This document shows positions 1-8,795 of a DNA stretch of 59,254 nt, one piece after another. This DNA comes from a virus (lineage: Duplodnaviria > Caudoviricetes): the IMG/VR virus record IMGVR_UViG_3300023097_000063, positions 1 to 59,254 of that record, one strand, 5' to 3'. Numbering within the stretch: the first letter of the stretch is position 1; every line of letters begins with the position of its first letter. The notes beneath the pieces were generated by a model that was not told the DNA's origin, searched no databases, and was given only the letters and a program-made list of their open reading frames with translations. The position numbers and the translations under genes are program-made.

Positions 1-502
1 CGACCTGAGCCCCGACCTGAGCCCCGACCTGAGCCCCGACCTGAGCCCTGACCTGAGCCCTGACCTGAGCCCCGACCTGATCCCAGACCTGAGCCCCGAC
101 CTGATCCCTGACCTGATCCCAGACCTGAGCCCCGACCTGATCCCCGACCTGAGCCCAGACCTGAGCCCCGACCTGAGCCCAGACCTGATCCCTGACCTGA
201 GCCCCGACCTGAGCCCAGACCTGATCCCTGACCTGAGCCCCGACCTGAGCCCCGACCTGATCCCTGACCTGATCCCAGTGGTGGGTGAGGAGGGCGGCGC
301 CGTGTGCGCCGGCGTAGGGGCTGTTGAGCCAGATGTAGATACGGGGTGGGGTGAGGCCCGCGGCCTGGTAGGCGTTGCGGATGCCTGCTTCGGCTTTGGG
401 GCGGTCGGCGGGTTGGGTGGAGAGGCCGATGTTGAGCCACTTCTGCACGTGGCCGGTCATGGCGGCCTTCTGTGCGTCGGTGAGGTGTTCGATGCGGGCC
501 AA
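1..502 (-). CDS. DUF6745-like protein with (G/R/W)(A/D)QV tetrapeptide repeats, 3'-truncated by window edge
   Basis: Not in ORF track. TTG start at 502 after GAGGAG; translates [65 protein letters not shown]...[12 protein letters not shown]. Confidence 0.8.
   Translation of the reverse strand, partial: MARIEHLTDAQKAAMTGHVQKWLNIGLSTQPADRPKAEAGIRNAYQAAGLTPPRIYIWLNSPYAGAHGAALLTHHWDQVRDQVGAQVGAQVRDQVWAQVGAQVRDQVWAQVGAQVWAQVGDQVGAQVWDQVRDQVGAQVWDQVGAQVRAQVRAQVGAQVGAQVGAQV
2..277. repeat. 23 x 12-bp tandem repeat GACCTGA(G/T)CCC(C/T/A)
   Basis: Counted directly; encodes the xxQV repeats on the minus strand. Confidence 0.95.
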
Positions 503-570
503 GGGATGCTCCTCTGGTCGGGTCGTTGGTCGGTTACGCTACCAGACAGTGTGGGTGGGTGGCTAGGGTG

Positions 571-735
571 TCACCGGCGGGAGGATGCGAATAGTCGCAT
601 GCCCCCGGAGCCGATCAGTACGCCTCCGAGGATGGCGGCCAGGATTTGGCTTCCGGGGGTGATGGCAACGTAGGTGGCGCAGATGATGCCGCAGACGACT
701 ACGGCGGTCCAGATCAAGTCCCGGCCGGTGATCAC
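571..735 (-). CDS. small 2-TM membrane protein (54 aa)
   Basis: GTGA overlap with ATPase stop; [45 protein letters not shown]... Confidence 0.6.
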   Translation of the reverse strand: MITGRDLIWTAVVVCGIICATYVAITPGSQILAAILGGVLIGSGGMRLFASSRR

Positions 736-1814
736 TTGGACGGCTCCTGCGGGCCTGCGACGAACCGCTCCAGACGCTCAACTACGGCTTGAACCTCCGC
801 CACCGTCAGGTCGGCCGTCGACTTCACCTCGCGGCCGATCGTCTCCGAGATGTAGGCCACCCCGTGCTGCCGATCGGTGATGTCCGCTTCCTTGAACAGG
901 TCGAACATGCGCTGCTGCGGCGACACCACCGGCTTCCGGTCCGCCTCATCCGTCGACAGCGCCGGCATGTCGCGCACGTGCGCAGTGCCAGGATCGCACT
1001 TGAGCACGTCGAAGATGACCCTCTCCAGGGTGAGGCCCGGCACTGGGCGGGGCTTGTCCACGCCGGGCTGAACGCCGGCGTGGACGGAACGGGCGCCGAC
1101 GACGACGGGTGGGTGGTCGCGGGAGACGCGGACCCAGACGGTGGCGTCGTAGCCGAGGTTCTTCTGCCCTTCGACCTTGTATTCCTTCGACCCCTGGATC
1201 GGCCTTCCACCGCTGTCGAGGGCGGCGACCTCTTTCCCGCGGGCGGTCATGACCACGATGCCGGGGAATGTCATGAGCATGGTCATGAGGCGTCGGTGTT
1301 TGCCGTTGACCTCGTTCCAGATGTCCATCGAGATGTCCGGCTCTTCATCTGCTTTGACCGCGCGGCCTTTCTTGGCGAGGCGGCGGCGGGCCTTCATGTC
1401 GGCGATGCCTTTGAGCAGCTCCCACTCTGCGGACATGGAGTCGAAGACGAGGACGATGGGGGGTTCGCCTGCGGTGTGGGCGCGGGTGGCTTCGGCGCGG
1501 ACGGCTTCGACCTGGGCGTAGACGTCCGCCCAGCTGCCGTCGTGCTCGATGAGCATGTATTGGGCGCCGGGGATGGCTCCGTATTCGTCGCCTGCGCCTT
1601 CGCCTAGGTCGAGCCAGTAAGTGGTGCCTACGCGGGGGGAGGCGGTGAGTTCGGCGGCGGCCCAGCTTTTGCCTGCTTTTTCGCCGCCTTCGATGAGGAT
1701 GAGGGGCCAGGGGACGATGCCTGTGGGTTTGCGGGCGCGGATGGGTGAGGGCGGGGGTGTGGCCGGTTCGCCGGTGTGGCGGCGGGTGGCGAGCGCGTCG
1801 CGTGCGTTGGGCAC
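732..1814 (-). CDS. AAA_24/Sak4-like RecA-fold recombination ATPase
   Basis: Walker A GGEKAGKS, Walker B LVFDS; AAGGAG RBS; small helical C-terminal domain. Confidence 0.8.
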   Translation of the reverse strand: MPNARDALATRRHTGEPATPPPSPIRARKPTGIVPWPLILIEGGEKAGKSWAAAELTASPRVGTTYWLDLGEGAGDEYGAIPGAQYMLIEHDGSWADVYAQVEAVRAEATRAHTAGEPPIVLVFDSMSAEWELLKGIADMKARRRLAKKGRAVKADEEPDISMDIWNEVNGKHRRLMTMLMTFPGIVVMTARGKEVAALDSGGRPIQGSKEYKVEGQKNLGYDATVWVRVSRDHPPVVVGARSVHAGVQPGVDKPRPVPGLTLERVIFDVLKCDPGTAHVRDMPALSTDEADRKPVVSPQQRMFDLFKEADITDRQHGVAYISETIGREVKSTADLTVAEVQAVVERLERFVAGPQEPSK

Positions 1815-1875
1815 TAGTTCTCCTTGGTCTGGTCGTTGTCGTGTGCGTTGAGTTTACGGGGCAGGTATGACGGTT

Positions 1876-2355
1876 TCAGCCTTCGGGCATTCGCTCCGGT
1901 GTTCCGCTGACGGTGCGGCGAACCGCATCCTGGTCGAACATCCAGACTCGCGGCCGTTCGTCGTCTGCGTATCCGTGAAACCGCATCGACGTCTGAGAGA
2001 CCGCCAGAATGTCCCTCCGCTCGCACAGACGCCGGGGAGTCGTCCCGACCAGCTCGGCGAGCTTGAGGAGCTGGTCCCAGGTGGGGTAGAGCTGCCCTGC
2101 TTCCCACAGGTCCACGTCCGGCTCAGCCGCTCCGCAGGCTTCGTCTACTCCGGGCCCGAACAGCCCGGCTGCGTCAAGATTCATCGTGATCAGGTACGGC
2201 TGAAGCTGCCCGGCACGCCACAGCCGGTATGCGATCCGGTCTGAGGCGTGGCGGACGGTACGAGACTGGTTGCGTCTGGCTGTGGCCTGCCGGCGGCGAT
2301 GAAGTAGCTCGTCTTCGGTGAGGCGCTGTCCGGCCTTTCCCCAGACCCAGGTCAT
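1876..2355 (-). CDS. hypothetical protein with XRE-like HTH
   Basis: VDLWEAGQLYPTWDQLLKLAELVG resembles the XRE WExG..P...L.KLA segment. Confidence 0.5.
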   Translation of the reverse strand: MTWVWGKAGQRLTEDELLHRRRQATARRNQSRTVRHASDRIAYRLWRAGQLQPYLITMNLDAAGLFGPGVDEACGAAEPDVDLWEAGQLYPTWDQLLKLAELVGTTPRRLCERRDILAVSQTSMRFHGYADDERPRVWMFDQDAVRRTVSGTPERMPEG

Positions 2356-2359
2356 TCGC

Positions 2360-2839
2360 TCATCGAATGTTCAGCGTGGCGACTTCTGCGGCAGCGTCGG
2401 CTGCGGCCTCCCGCTTCGCCGTGCTGTCCAGCCGCAGTGTCAGTGCCCCCGGCTTACCCCCGGGCCGGATCACGAGTCCCGGCACCAGCTCGCCGGTCTC
2501 TGGATCTACCACTCCGGTCTCGTCGGCAACGAGCCGGGAAACGATCGCTTCGACCGCCACCGCCCGGACCTGTTCGATGGTCTCCACCTGGTCGGGGTGG
2601 TGTACCTTCGCCCACTTCGTCAGGGCCCCGGGGTCGGCCACCTGGATCGTCGCCTTACTGACTGGGAGGACTGCGGTTCCCAGTCCGGGGATCGACCACG
2701 ACGGTGCGACGCCCTGGTCGGTGAACTCGGCGACCGCCTGGGCGGCGAGCTCGGCCCGCAGTTCCTTCGCTTTCGAAGAGGCGGCAGCGGAGATCGATTC
2801 CCAGCGGAGGATCTGTCGGACCATCTCGGCGCGGTTCAT
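2360..2839 (-). CDS. hypothetical protein (coiled-coil, possibly Gam/Gp157-like)
   Basis: ATG after GGAG; helical N-terminus, VVDPETGELVPGL motif; near recombination ATPase. Confidence 0.55.
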   Translation of the reverse strand: MNRAEMVRQILRWESISAAASSKAKELRAELAAQAVAEFTDQGVAPSWSIPGLGTAVLPVSKATIQVADPGALTKWAKVHHPDQVETIEQVRAVAVEAIVSRLVADETGVVDPETGELVPGLVIRPGGKPGALTLRLDSTAKREAAADAAAEVATLNIR

Positions 2840-2941
2840 GCGGCGTCTCCCTGCGGCACGGTGGCCGGTTCGTTCTGGGCAAAGTAGCGGCGGGCGAGCC
2901 ACGTGTCCCGGTTCGCATCCCAGCCGAGGACCGGTATCGGG

Positions 2942-3274
2942 CTACCCACCGCCGCCGCCGTTCATGACGCAGGTAGTGCCGCCGTGACGGGGGATGATGA
3001 CGAAGTGACTGGCCTCGGTACACGCGTAGCAGCACAGGTCGGCGGGAGCCTCACAGTTGCGACCGTGGAGGTCGCAGCACGGGCGGGCGGCAGCCTCGAC
3101 AGCGGCAGCCAGATCGGTAGCGAGGACAGCAGCCTTGTCGAGCATCGCGACCTGGTGTTCGGCATAGGAACGGCCGAGTTCGGACCAGCCGCAGAAGCAG
3201 CCCCTGGAGTCCATGCGCTGGTGTGCGATGAGAACAGCTTCTGCGGTTGCCAGGACGCCCCTGGGAGTGATCAT
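2942..3274 (-). CDS. Cys/His-rich hypothetical protein
   Basis: ATGA-coupled; CFCGW...EH and CC..H...C motifs. Confidence 0.6.
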   Translation of the reverse strand: MITPRGVLATAEAVLIAHQRMDSRGCFCGWSELGRSYAEHQVAMLDKAAVLATDLAAAVEAAARPCCDLHGRNCEAPADLCCYACTEASHFVIIPRHGGTTCVMNGGGGG

Positions 3275-3750
3275 GAAGCGTCGTCAGGGGTCAGGGACTG
3301 CTTGAGAATGTCAGGCGAAATCCCGAGGCGATGCAGAACTTCCTTGATCACTGCCTGGTCGTCCACGGCGGCCATCTCCGCCCGGAAGGCCTTAGCATCG
3401 TCGGCGAGCCGCCGCTGCAGGGACAGGTATTCGACGGCGGAGAGGCTGTTCGTCTCCACCTGACCGGCGCAGGCAACCGCGAGCCCCAGGGCCTCCTCGT
3501 ACCCGAACCGGTGCTTGGCGTTCCAGGCCTCGTCGCGTTCGCCCGGGCGGAGTTCGTAGTCCCAGCCGCCGTCGGTATTGAGGCACATCGCACGGTCGAC
3601 GACTGCGTACCGGTCGCCGCCCCGCCAGGCGACTTTCACCGAATAGGCGTGGTGGGCAGGGTCACCGACCGGGACGGCGGACACGGCGACTTCGGTGATG
3701 AGCGCGGTGATGCCGGCGGCGTGGGGTTGCTGGTCGAGGGGGAACTGCAT
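3271..3750 (-). CDS. hypothetical protein
   Basis: ORF with its own promoter motif at 3778-3798. Confidence 0.7.
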   Translation of the reverse strand: MQFPLDQQPHAAGITALITEVAVSAVPVGDPAHHAYSVKVAWRGGDRYAVVDRAMCLNTDGGWDYELRPGERDEAWNAKHRFGYEEALGLAVACAGQVETNSLSAVEYLSLQRRLADDAKAFRAEMAAVDDQAVIKEVLHRLGISPDILKQSLTPDDAS

Positions 3751-3777
3751 GGGTTCTCTCTTTCATGGTCGTTTCTG

Positions 3778-3832
3778 GGTCGTTGGGTTTCCACCCTACC
3801 CGCCGCCCCGGTACGCTGTGAAGCCAACGACC
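3778..3832. promoter_or_regulatory. back-to-back divergent promoters, each TAnnnT-N7-CAACGACC
   Basis: Minus: TAGGGT (3793-3798) and motif 3778-3785; plus: TACGCT (3812-3817) and motif 3825-3832. Confidence 0.65.
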
Positions 3833-3851
3833 CCGACCAAAAGGACCACGG

Positions 3852-4319
3852 ATGACGACCCTTACCCCCGAAACCCACACGATTCGCTTGCGTGACGGCA
3901 ACGAACTCGACATCCAAGGCACCCGCATCGGCCACGCCTCCTCCGCCGGCGACGACGAACCCCACACGAACCACCCCGGCGAGCCGTTCGGGATGCCCGG
4001 TACCCGGTGCCGGGCGTGCAGGTGGATCGAACTGTCGATCTACCTCGTCGATGCCGTCTACGGCGTGTACACCCCTGATACGGAGACCGCCGAGAACGAG
4101 ACCGCCGAGGCGCCGCAGGGCCGCTACCTGGTCCACAAGCTCGGCCAGTCGATCGTCCCGGGCGAGATCATCAAAGTGAATCTGTACTGGACCGACAAGG
4201 CCATCGACGTGGTCAAGTCGCTGCTGTATCAGGGGCGTCTCGACGGCGCGAACCGTCTCGTGGCCGCTCGTGCCGCGCAGAACGACCCGGAGATCTACAA
4301 GGCCCTCCAGGTCTGGTAG
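3852..4319 (+). CDS. hypothetical protein
   Basis: AAAGGA RBS, phage-like codon use. Confidence 0.7.
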   Translation: MTTLTPETHTIRLRDGNELDIQGTRIGHASSAGDDEPHTNHPGEPFGMPGTRCRACRWIELSIYLVDAVYGVYTPDTETAENETAEAPQGRYLVHKLGQSIVPGEIIKVNLYWTDKAIDVVKSLLYQGRLDGANRLVAARAAQNDPEIYKALQVW

Positions 4320-4493
4320 TCACCAGGGCCAGGCGGCGGCCATTCCGGCGAGGAGGCCGATGCTGGCTCCGGTGGCGAAGAACAGCACCCTGCCGATCAG
4401 CTTGTCCACGGCCTGGTCGCGGCGGTCGGCGGCGGCGATCCGGGCGGCGAGCTGGTGGAAGTCGTAGGCGTGGTTTCCGGTCAACGTCGTCAT
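4320..4493 (-). CDS. small membrane protein
   Basis: ATGA-coupled to PadR gene; C-terminal hydrophobic helix. Confidence 0.5.
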   Translation of the reverse strand: MTTLTGNHAYDFHQLAARIAAADRRDQAVDKLIGRVLFFATGASIGLLAGMAAAWPW

Positions 4494-4933
4494 GCTGTCC
4501 TGTTCCTCGTGTCGGCTTCGTCGGCGGCGGCCAGGAGTCGCCGGGCGTGGGCGCGGACCTCAGCCGCCGTGAAGATGATTCCCCCGTCGATGATGACGTA
4601 ACCGCTGCCGGGAAGGTGCTGGACCAGGCCTGTGAGGTCGGCGTCGGGGTTGAAGTCGTGGCCGCGGAGGAGCCGGATCAGATCGGCGGTGATCTCGGCG
4701 GCGAGGGTGTGGCCGGCATCGGTGAGCTGGTAGTAGGTGCGGGGAGGGCCGGTGCCGGCGGTCTGTTCGGTGCGGGTGATGTGGCCTGCGGTGGTGAGTT
4801 TGGCGAGGGTGGGGTAGAGGCCGGAGTTGGTGAGGCCGGTCTGGTCGAGGAGTTCGCGTCCGTAGAGGGGTGTGGGGTGGTTGTGGTGGAGGGTGTGGAG
4901 GATGCGGGCGGGGGCGAGGACGGTGAGGGTCAC
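4490..4933 (-). CDS. PadR-family winged-helix transcription regulator (probably leaderless)
   Basis: YGRELLDQTGLTNSGLYPTLAKL...PPRTYYQLTDAG; TTGCCG-17-TACCGT ends 6 nt before GTG. Confidence 0.8.
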   Translation of the reverse strand: MTLTVLAPARILHTLHHNHPTPLYGRELLDQTGLTNSGLYPTLAKLTTAGHITRTEQTAGTGPPRTYYQLTDAGHTLAAEITADLIRLLRGHDFNPDADLTGLVQHLPGSGYVIIDGGIIFTAAEVRAHARRLLAAADEADTRNRTA

Positions 4934-4951
4934 TCTGGCACGGTAGCGTCG

Positions 4952-4996
4952 TTGACATACGTCGGCAAGTGGGGTTACCGTCAGGCCACAACGACC
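4952..4996 (+). promoter_or_regulatory. sigma70-type promoter TTGACA-18-TACCGT followed by CAACGACC
   Basis: Consensus -35; divergent from PadR promoter. Confidence 0.75.
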
Positions 4997-5008
4997 TGAG
5001 GAGATGGC

Positions 5009-5311
5009 ATGGACGAGATCACGATCGACGGCCAGTTCGGTGGTTCGCGGATCATGGTCAGCGGCCCCGACGACGACGGTGACCTGATGGTCGTGGTCGA
5101 GGACCGTGACGAGCGCGCTGACATCTACCTCAGCATGGAGAACGCGGCGTCTCTCATCGGCGCTCTGGCGGCGCGGCTGGCCGAGGCGGCGGGCCGGGCT
5201 GCTCACGTGAGTGCCGGCGTGTCCCAGGCGGTGCGTGAGCAGCAGAACGCGGCGGTGGAGAAGGTGCTCCAGGCCACGCGTGACGCCGCGGTCTCCGAGG
5301 CGTACCTGTAG
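5009..5311 (+). CDS. hypothetical protein
   Basis: GAGGAG RBS; own promoter and terminator. Confidence 0.7.
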   Translation: MDEITIDGQFGGSRIMVSGPDDDGDLMVVVEDRDERADIYLSMENAASLIGALAARLAEAAGRAAHVSAGVSQAVREQQNAAVEKVLQATRDAAVSEAYL

Positions 5312-5341
5312 AGGCTTTGCTCAGTACATCCCCCTGGTGAG

Positions 5342-5382
5342 TGTGGGGAGCCCTCCAGCCCGGGGCTCCCCACATTCCTTTT
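5342..5382 (+). terminator. intrinsic terminator
   Basis: TGTGGGGAGCCC/GGGCTCCCCACA stem followed by TTCCTTTT. Confidence 0.75.
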
Positions 5383-5391
5383 GTTGCGCCG

Positions 5392-5436
5392 TTGACATAC
5401 CGAGGTGTGGGGTCATAGACTCAACCCACAACGACC
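5392..5436 (+). promoter_or_regulatory. sigma70-type promoter TTGACA-18-TAGACT followed by CAACGACC
   Basis: Shares GTTGACATAC with the promoter at 4951. Confidence 0.75.
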
Positions 5437-5459
5437 CAGACCCCGCACCGGAGGCCCCC

Positions 5460-5891
5460 GTGAACGACCTGATCGAAGTCTCCCGCCCCTACGCCTTCGA
5501 CGCCGGCACCGGCACCTACGGCATCCGCGAGACCGTCGCCGGGATCCGTACCCGCCTCGGCCGCCCCGTCACGCAGACCCGCGTCTACTCGAAGACCGGC
5601 GTCGAGAAGACCAGCCCCGAGGGGGCGATGATCGGGCTCCTCAAGCGGGCGGTCGCGGACGACCGTCCGGTCACTCCCGTCGGCCGTGGCACCGGGATCT
5701 CCACTACGACCGCGACCGCGTGTGAGCGCCGCGGTCTGGGCCGGACCGTCTGCGGCGGGGCCAGGAAGTACCAGATCGTCGGGTTCCAGATCAATGACAA
5801 GGGCCGGGCCGCCCTCACCGCCCCGGCTGGGAAGCTGTCCGCGGGCGACGTCACCCGGGAGATCCTCGCCAGCCTGAAGAACGGGAGCTGA
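5460..5891 (+). CDS. hypothetical protein
   Basis: GGAGG RBS before GTG at 5460. Confidence 0.65.
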   Translation: MNDLIEVSRPYAFDAGTGTYGIRETVAGIRTRLGRPVTQTRVYSKTGVEKTSPEGAMIGLLKRAVADDRPVTPVGRGTGISTTTATACERRGLGRTVCGGARKYQIVGFQINDKGRAALTAPAGKLSAGDVTREILASLKNGS

Positions 5892-5929
5892 ACCGTATGC
5901 AGAAGCCGCCACCGGTCGAGGTGGGGATC

Positions 5930-6067
5930 ATGCACCCCACCCCCGGCCAGAAGAAAACCCCCGCCAAGGCCATCGCCCCGCTCGCCGCCGCGATCGTCCT
6001 GTGCGTTCTCGTCGGGATGGTGTGCGTGACCATCCTCGGTGTCGTCTGGATGGTGACCGGTCGATGA
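5930..6067 (+). CDS. small membrane protein
   Basis: Single long hydrophobic helix; ATGA overlap downstream. Confidence 0.5.
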   Translation: MHPTPGQKKTPAKAIAPLAAAIVLCVLVGMVCVTILGVVWMVTGR

Positions 6068-6408
6068 GCAGCATGCCGGAGCCGGTGGAGGGCTCGTACG
6101 TGATGGTGGGCGTGGCCCCCGACGAAACCGTCTACCTGCGTGACGACATCGACGCGGACGAGACGTGCCGGTGGATGCCCCTCACCGAGAACGGCACCAC
6201 CGCCGCCGACAGTTCCTGGGCGGACATCCTGGGCTTCGACGAGCCCATCCAGCGCCTGTGGCCCGGCATCGACCTGTGGGTCGGGGTGTACCGGCACCTG
6301 GACGACGCCCACAACGCCGGCCACAACCCGGACTTCGAGGCCGGTCTGGCGTTCGCCGCGGCCCTGTTCGCGGAGACGCTGGGGTTGGAGCGGCCGCCGT
6401 GGGCGTAG
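6064..6408 (+). CDS. hypothetical protein
   Basis: Coupled ORF. Confidence 0.6.
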   Translation: MSSMPEPVEGSYVMVGVAPDETVYLRDDIDADETCRWMPLTENGTTAADSSWADILGFDEPIQRLWPGIDLWVGVYRHLDDAHNAGHNPDFEAGLAFAAALFAETLGLERPPWA

Positions 6409-6538
6409 CGGACTGGGTGTGGTGGCAGTGGGCATCGGCTGCGTCGGTGGTCGGGATCATCTGGGGTGCGGGGGCGCTCGGGATCGGGATCGTGTTCGGC
6501 CGGATGGTGCGGCTGCGTGACGGAGAGGAAGGCCTGGA

Positions 6539-6838
6539 GTGACCGGCGCCCTGGACGATGCGTTCGCGGAGATGGTCTACCGCGAGATGACCGAATCGGT
6601 GACCAAGATGCTGAAGGCCGAGCTCGCGTTCGACGAGCTCCGCCGGCTGTACAAGACGCACCGGCAGTACGCGGGGCTGGATGAGGCGTCGCAGGAGACG
6701 CGTCACGCCGCGGATCCGCGTACGAAGCAGGCGATCGCGCAGTGTGCGTTCTTCCGCGAGCGCGCGTCGATGTTCGCGGCGGTGTACCAGGCGTGGGATG
6801 TCCGGCAGCAGCGTTCCGTTGAGCCTGGTCCGGAGTAG
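6539..6838 (+). CDS. hypothetical helical protein
   Basis: GTGA-coupled ORF. Confidence 0.6.
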   Translation: MTGALDDAFAEMVYREMTESVTKMLKAELAFDELRRLYKTHRQYAGLDEASQETRHAADPRTKQAIAQCAFFRERASMFAAVYQAWDVRQQRSVEPGPE

Positions 6839-6975
6839 CACCATACGAAAAATTGCTCAGGAAACTCACAGCAGTACGGGTTGGCTGAGCAAAACCTGAT
6901 AGCGTCCCGCCCCGTCCCCCTGGGCCCGGCCATCCCCAAACGGCCGGGCCCACCCCATATTCAGGAAGAGACACG

Positions 6976-7986
6976 TTGAAGCCCCGACACATCGCCGTCC
7001 TCACCACGGCAGCCGCCCTCACCACCGGCATGCTCCTCACCCCACTCACGGCCACCGCGGGCACCGGCAACCGCACCTGCCCGCCCGTCACCCACAAGAA
7101 CACCGACGGCTGGACGACCGCCGCCGGCGGCATGGTCGCCCTGCACGCGTCGAAGGGGATCGTGCTGAAGACCGGGGCGTCGAACGACGACAAGGTCTCC
7201 TGGATCCAGTCCACCGGCGACGTCGGTGTGGACAAGCTGGGGCAGCTGGCCTACCAGACCGAGACCGTCACCGGGCACAACAACCAGGAGGCTCTTCCCG
7301 GGTACGTGCTGCGGGTCGACCTCAACGACGACGGCACGAATGACACCCACTTGATGTACGAGCCCTACTGGAACACGTCCACCGGGGCCGGCCTCTCCGG
7401 CAAGCCGAGTGGCTCGACGACTGTGTGGGACGTCGACGGCGGCGTGTTCTGGTCGTCGACGACGTTCGGTACCGCCCCGAACGAGGTGACGGCGGGTTCG
7501 GGTGGGCCGCCGTTCTACACCCTGACGCAGATCAAGGGCATGTTCCCGGCGGCGGTCGTGACCGGGTACGGGATCAACCTGGGCACGTACAACCAGAACG
7601 TGGCCGCCCGGGTGAACGATGTCCGGTTCGGGTGTGTGAAGCACGAGTGGCTGCCGGCGCCGGTCCAGCCGACCGGTACGCCGACCGGCACGGCCACGGG
7701 TACGCCTTCCGCGACGCCGACGGGGAGCCCGACGAAGTCTCCGACCGGGTCGCCGTCGGTGACGCCTTCTGGCACCAAGTCGCCCACGGCGAGCGCGTCT
7801 GTGACGCCGACCGGCTCGGTGTCGGCGTCGTCGGTGGTGATCGTTCCGGCGGGTAACGGCGGGGAGGCGCTGCCGGTGACGGGTTCCAAGCCGCTGGCGC
7901 TGGTGTGGGTGGGTCTGGGCCTGTTGGCGGCGGGTGTGGTGTTCGTGCTGGTGCTGCGGTCGCGGCGGACGAAGTTCACCGCCTGA
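6976..7986 (+). CDS. secreted, sortase-anchored (LPxTG) surface protein with P/T/S-rich stalk
   Basis: Signal peptide, beta-rich domain, PTG/SPT linker, LPVTG + TM helix + RSRRTK tail. Confidence 0.85.
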   Translation: MKPRHIAVLTTAAALTTGMLLTPLTATAGTGNRTCPPVTHKNTDGWTTAAGGMVALHASKGIVLKTGASNDDKVSWIQSTGDVGVDKLGQLAYQTETVTGHNNQEALPGYVLRVDLNDDGTNDTHLMYEPYWNTSTGAGLSGKPSGSTTVWDVDGGVFWSSTTFGTAPNEVTAGSGGPPFYTLTQIKGMFPAAVVTGYGINLGTYNQNVAARVNDVRFGCVKHEWLPAPVQPTGTPTGTATGTPSATPTGSPTKSPTGSPSVTPSGTKSPTASASVTPTGSVSASSVVIVPAGNGGEALPVTGSKPLALVWVGLGLLAAGVVFVLVLRSRRTKFTA

Positions 7987-7998
7987 CGCCTGTTGATG

Positions 7999-8027
7999 TT
8001 GCGCGGGTGACTTAGGCCGTGTAGCGT
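7999..8027 (+). promoter_or_regulatory. putative promoter TTGCGC-17-TAGCGT for the non-coding locus
   Basis: Spacing and TAnnnT match other promoters in the window. Confidence 0.5.
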
Positions 8028-8099
8028 CGGTGGTGAGGGTAGGGGTGAGGCCTGATCAGCCGAGCCGAAACGCCCTTTACCAGGGTTGATCACCTGGTA

Positions 8100-8172
8100 G
8101 CGGTAGTAGCTCAGCGGATAGAGCGCCGGTCGCGTACCGGTTATGTCGGCGGTTCGAGTCCGTCCTACCGCA
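8100..8172 (+). tRNA. tRNA-like element with shortened anticodon loop (no canonical anticodon)
   Basis: Acceptor GCGGTAG/CTACCGC-A, D arm GCTC/GAGC, stem CCGGT/ACCGG around 5-nt loop CGCGT, T arm GGCGG-TTCGAGT-CCGTC. Confidence 0.7.
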
Positions 8173-8254
8173 CTCGTCCCTCTCCGGGACGTGGGTTGAT
8201 CGGAAGCAAGACGGCTGGAGCGTGTAGCCGCACGCAATGAAGGTCGGGACACCA

Positions 8255-8340
8255 GGGCCTGTAGCTCATCGGCAGAGCGCCGCGAACCACCCGTCCGGAC
8301 GGGCTCGCGGAGGTAGGCGGTTCGACTCCGCTCAGGCGCA
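8255..8340 (+). tRNA. tRNA-like element with expanded, hairpin-containing anticodon loop
   Basis: Acceptor GGGCCTG/CAGGCGC-A (1 mismatch), D arm GCTC/GAGC, stem CCGCGA/TCGCGG around 19 nt containing CCCGTC/GACGGG, T arm GGCGG-TTCGACT-CCGCT. Confidence 0.7.
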
Positions 8341-8621
8341 CGACCGAAAGTGGTTCGTGGATGACACGCAGGTCGTACCGGAGGCACATGGAGCCGGACG
8401 CGCAGGAATCCGCCGAGAACGGCCTGAGAGCAGCCGTGACAGCCCGGAGAGACGGGCAGGTGGATGGTTTGGTATCTGATGCCGGGGCGTTCGGCCATCG
8501 TGGTCACCAGACCATCCACCACACCCCTTTCGACGGGACAGCAGCAAGTCATGCCGGGCCCGTCTTGTCCACGGGCCCGGCACCCACAACGACCCGACCT
8601 GACCTGCGATAATGAGGAACC

Positions 8622-8795
8622 GTGCACACCATCCTCAACGCTCTTCTCCGCGCCCTCCTCTTCGTCTTCCCACCGCCCCCGCCACACCCGCCACAAGACG
8701 ACCTGATGGCGCTCGCGGACTGCCTCTACGACGACAACGCCACCATCCCCACCCACGACCTGCCCACCGCCGAGTTCCGAAAGGTCCTGCCGTGA
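8622..8795 (+). CDS. small hypothetical protein
   Basis: GAGGA RBS; first of a chain of 4-bp-overlapping ORFs. Confidence 0.55.
   Translation: MHTILNALLRALLFVFPPPPPHPPQDDLMALADCLYDDNATIPTHDLPTAEFRKVLP

Larger units (their letters stand above)
8034..8585 (+). ncRNA. putative long structured non-coding RNA containing the two tRNA-like modules
   Basis: No credible CDS; consecutive hairpins at ~8078-8099, 8175-8191, 8211-8230, 8442-8457, 8459-8520, 8553-8581. Confidence 0.5.

Noticed and set aside
2-277. CRISPR array or DGR variable region
   Set aside because: Units are contiguous 12-mers without spacers; no reverse transcriptase or template repeat is in the window, and one adenine (CAG) never varies
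8040-8082. Hammerhead-like CTGATCAG...CGAAAC
   Set aside because: The core has C instead of the essential G8, and there is no properly placed NUH site or stem I
8175-8254. Third tRNA ending in GGGAC-ACCA
   Set aside because: Only a 5-bp possible acceptor stem and no T-loop consensus
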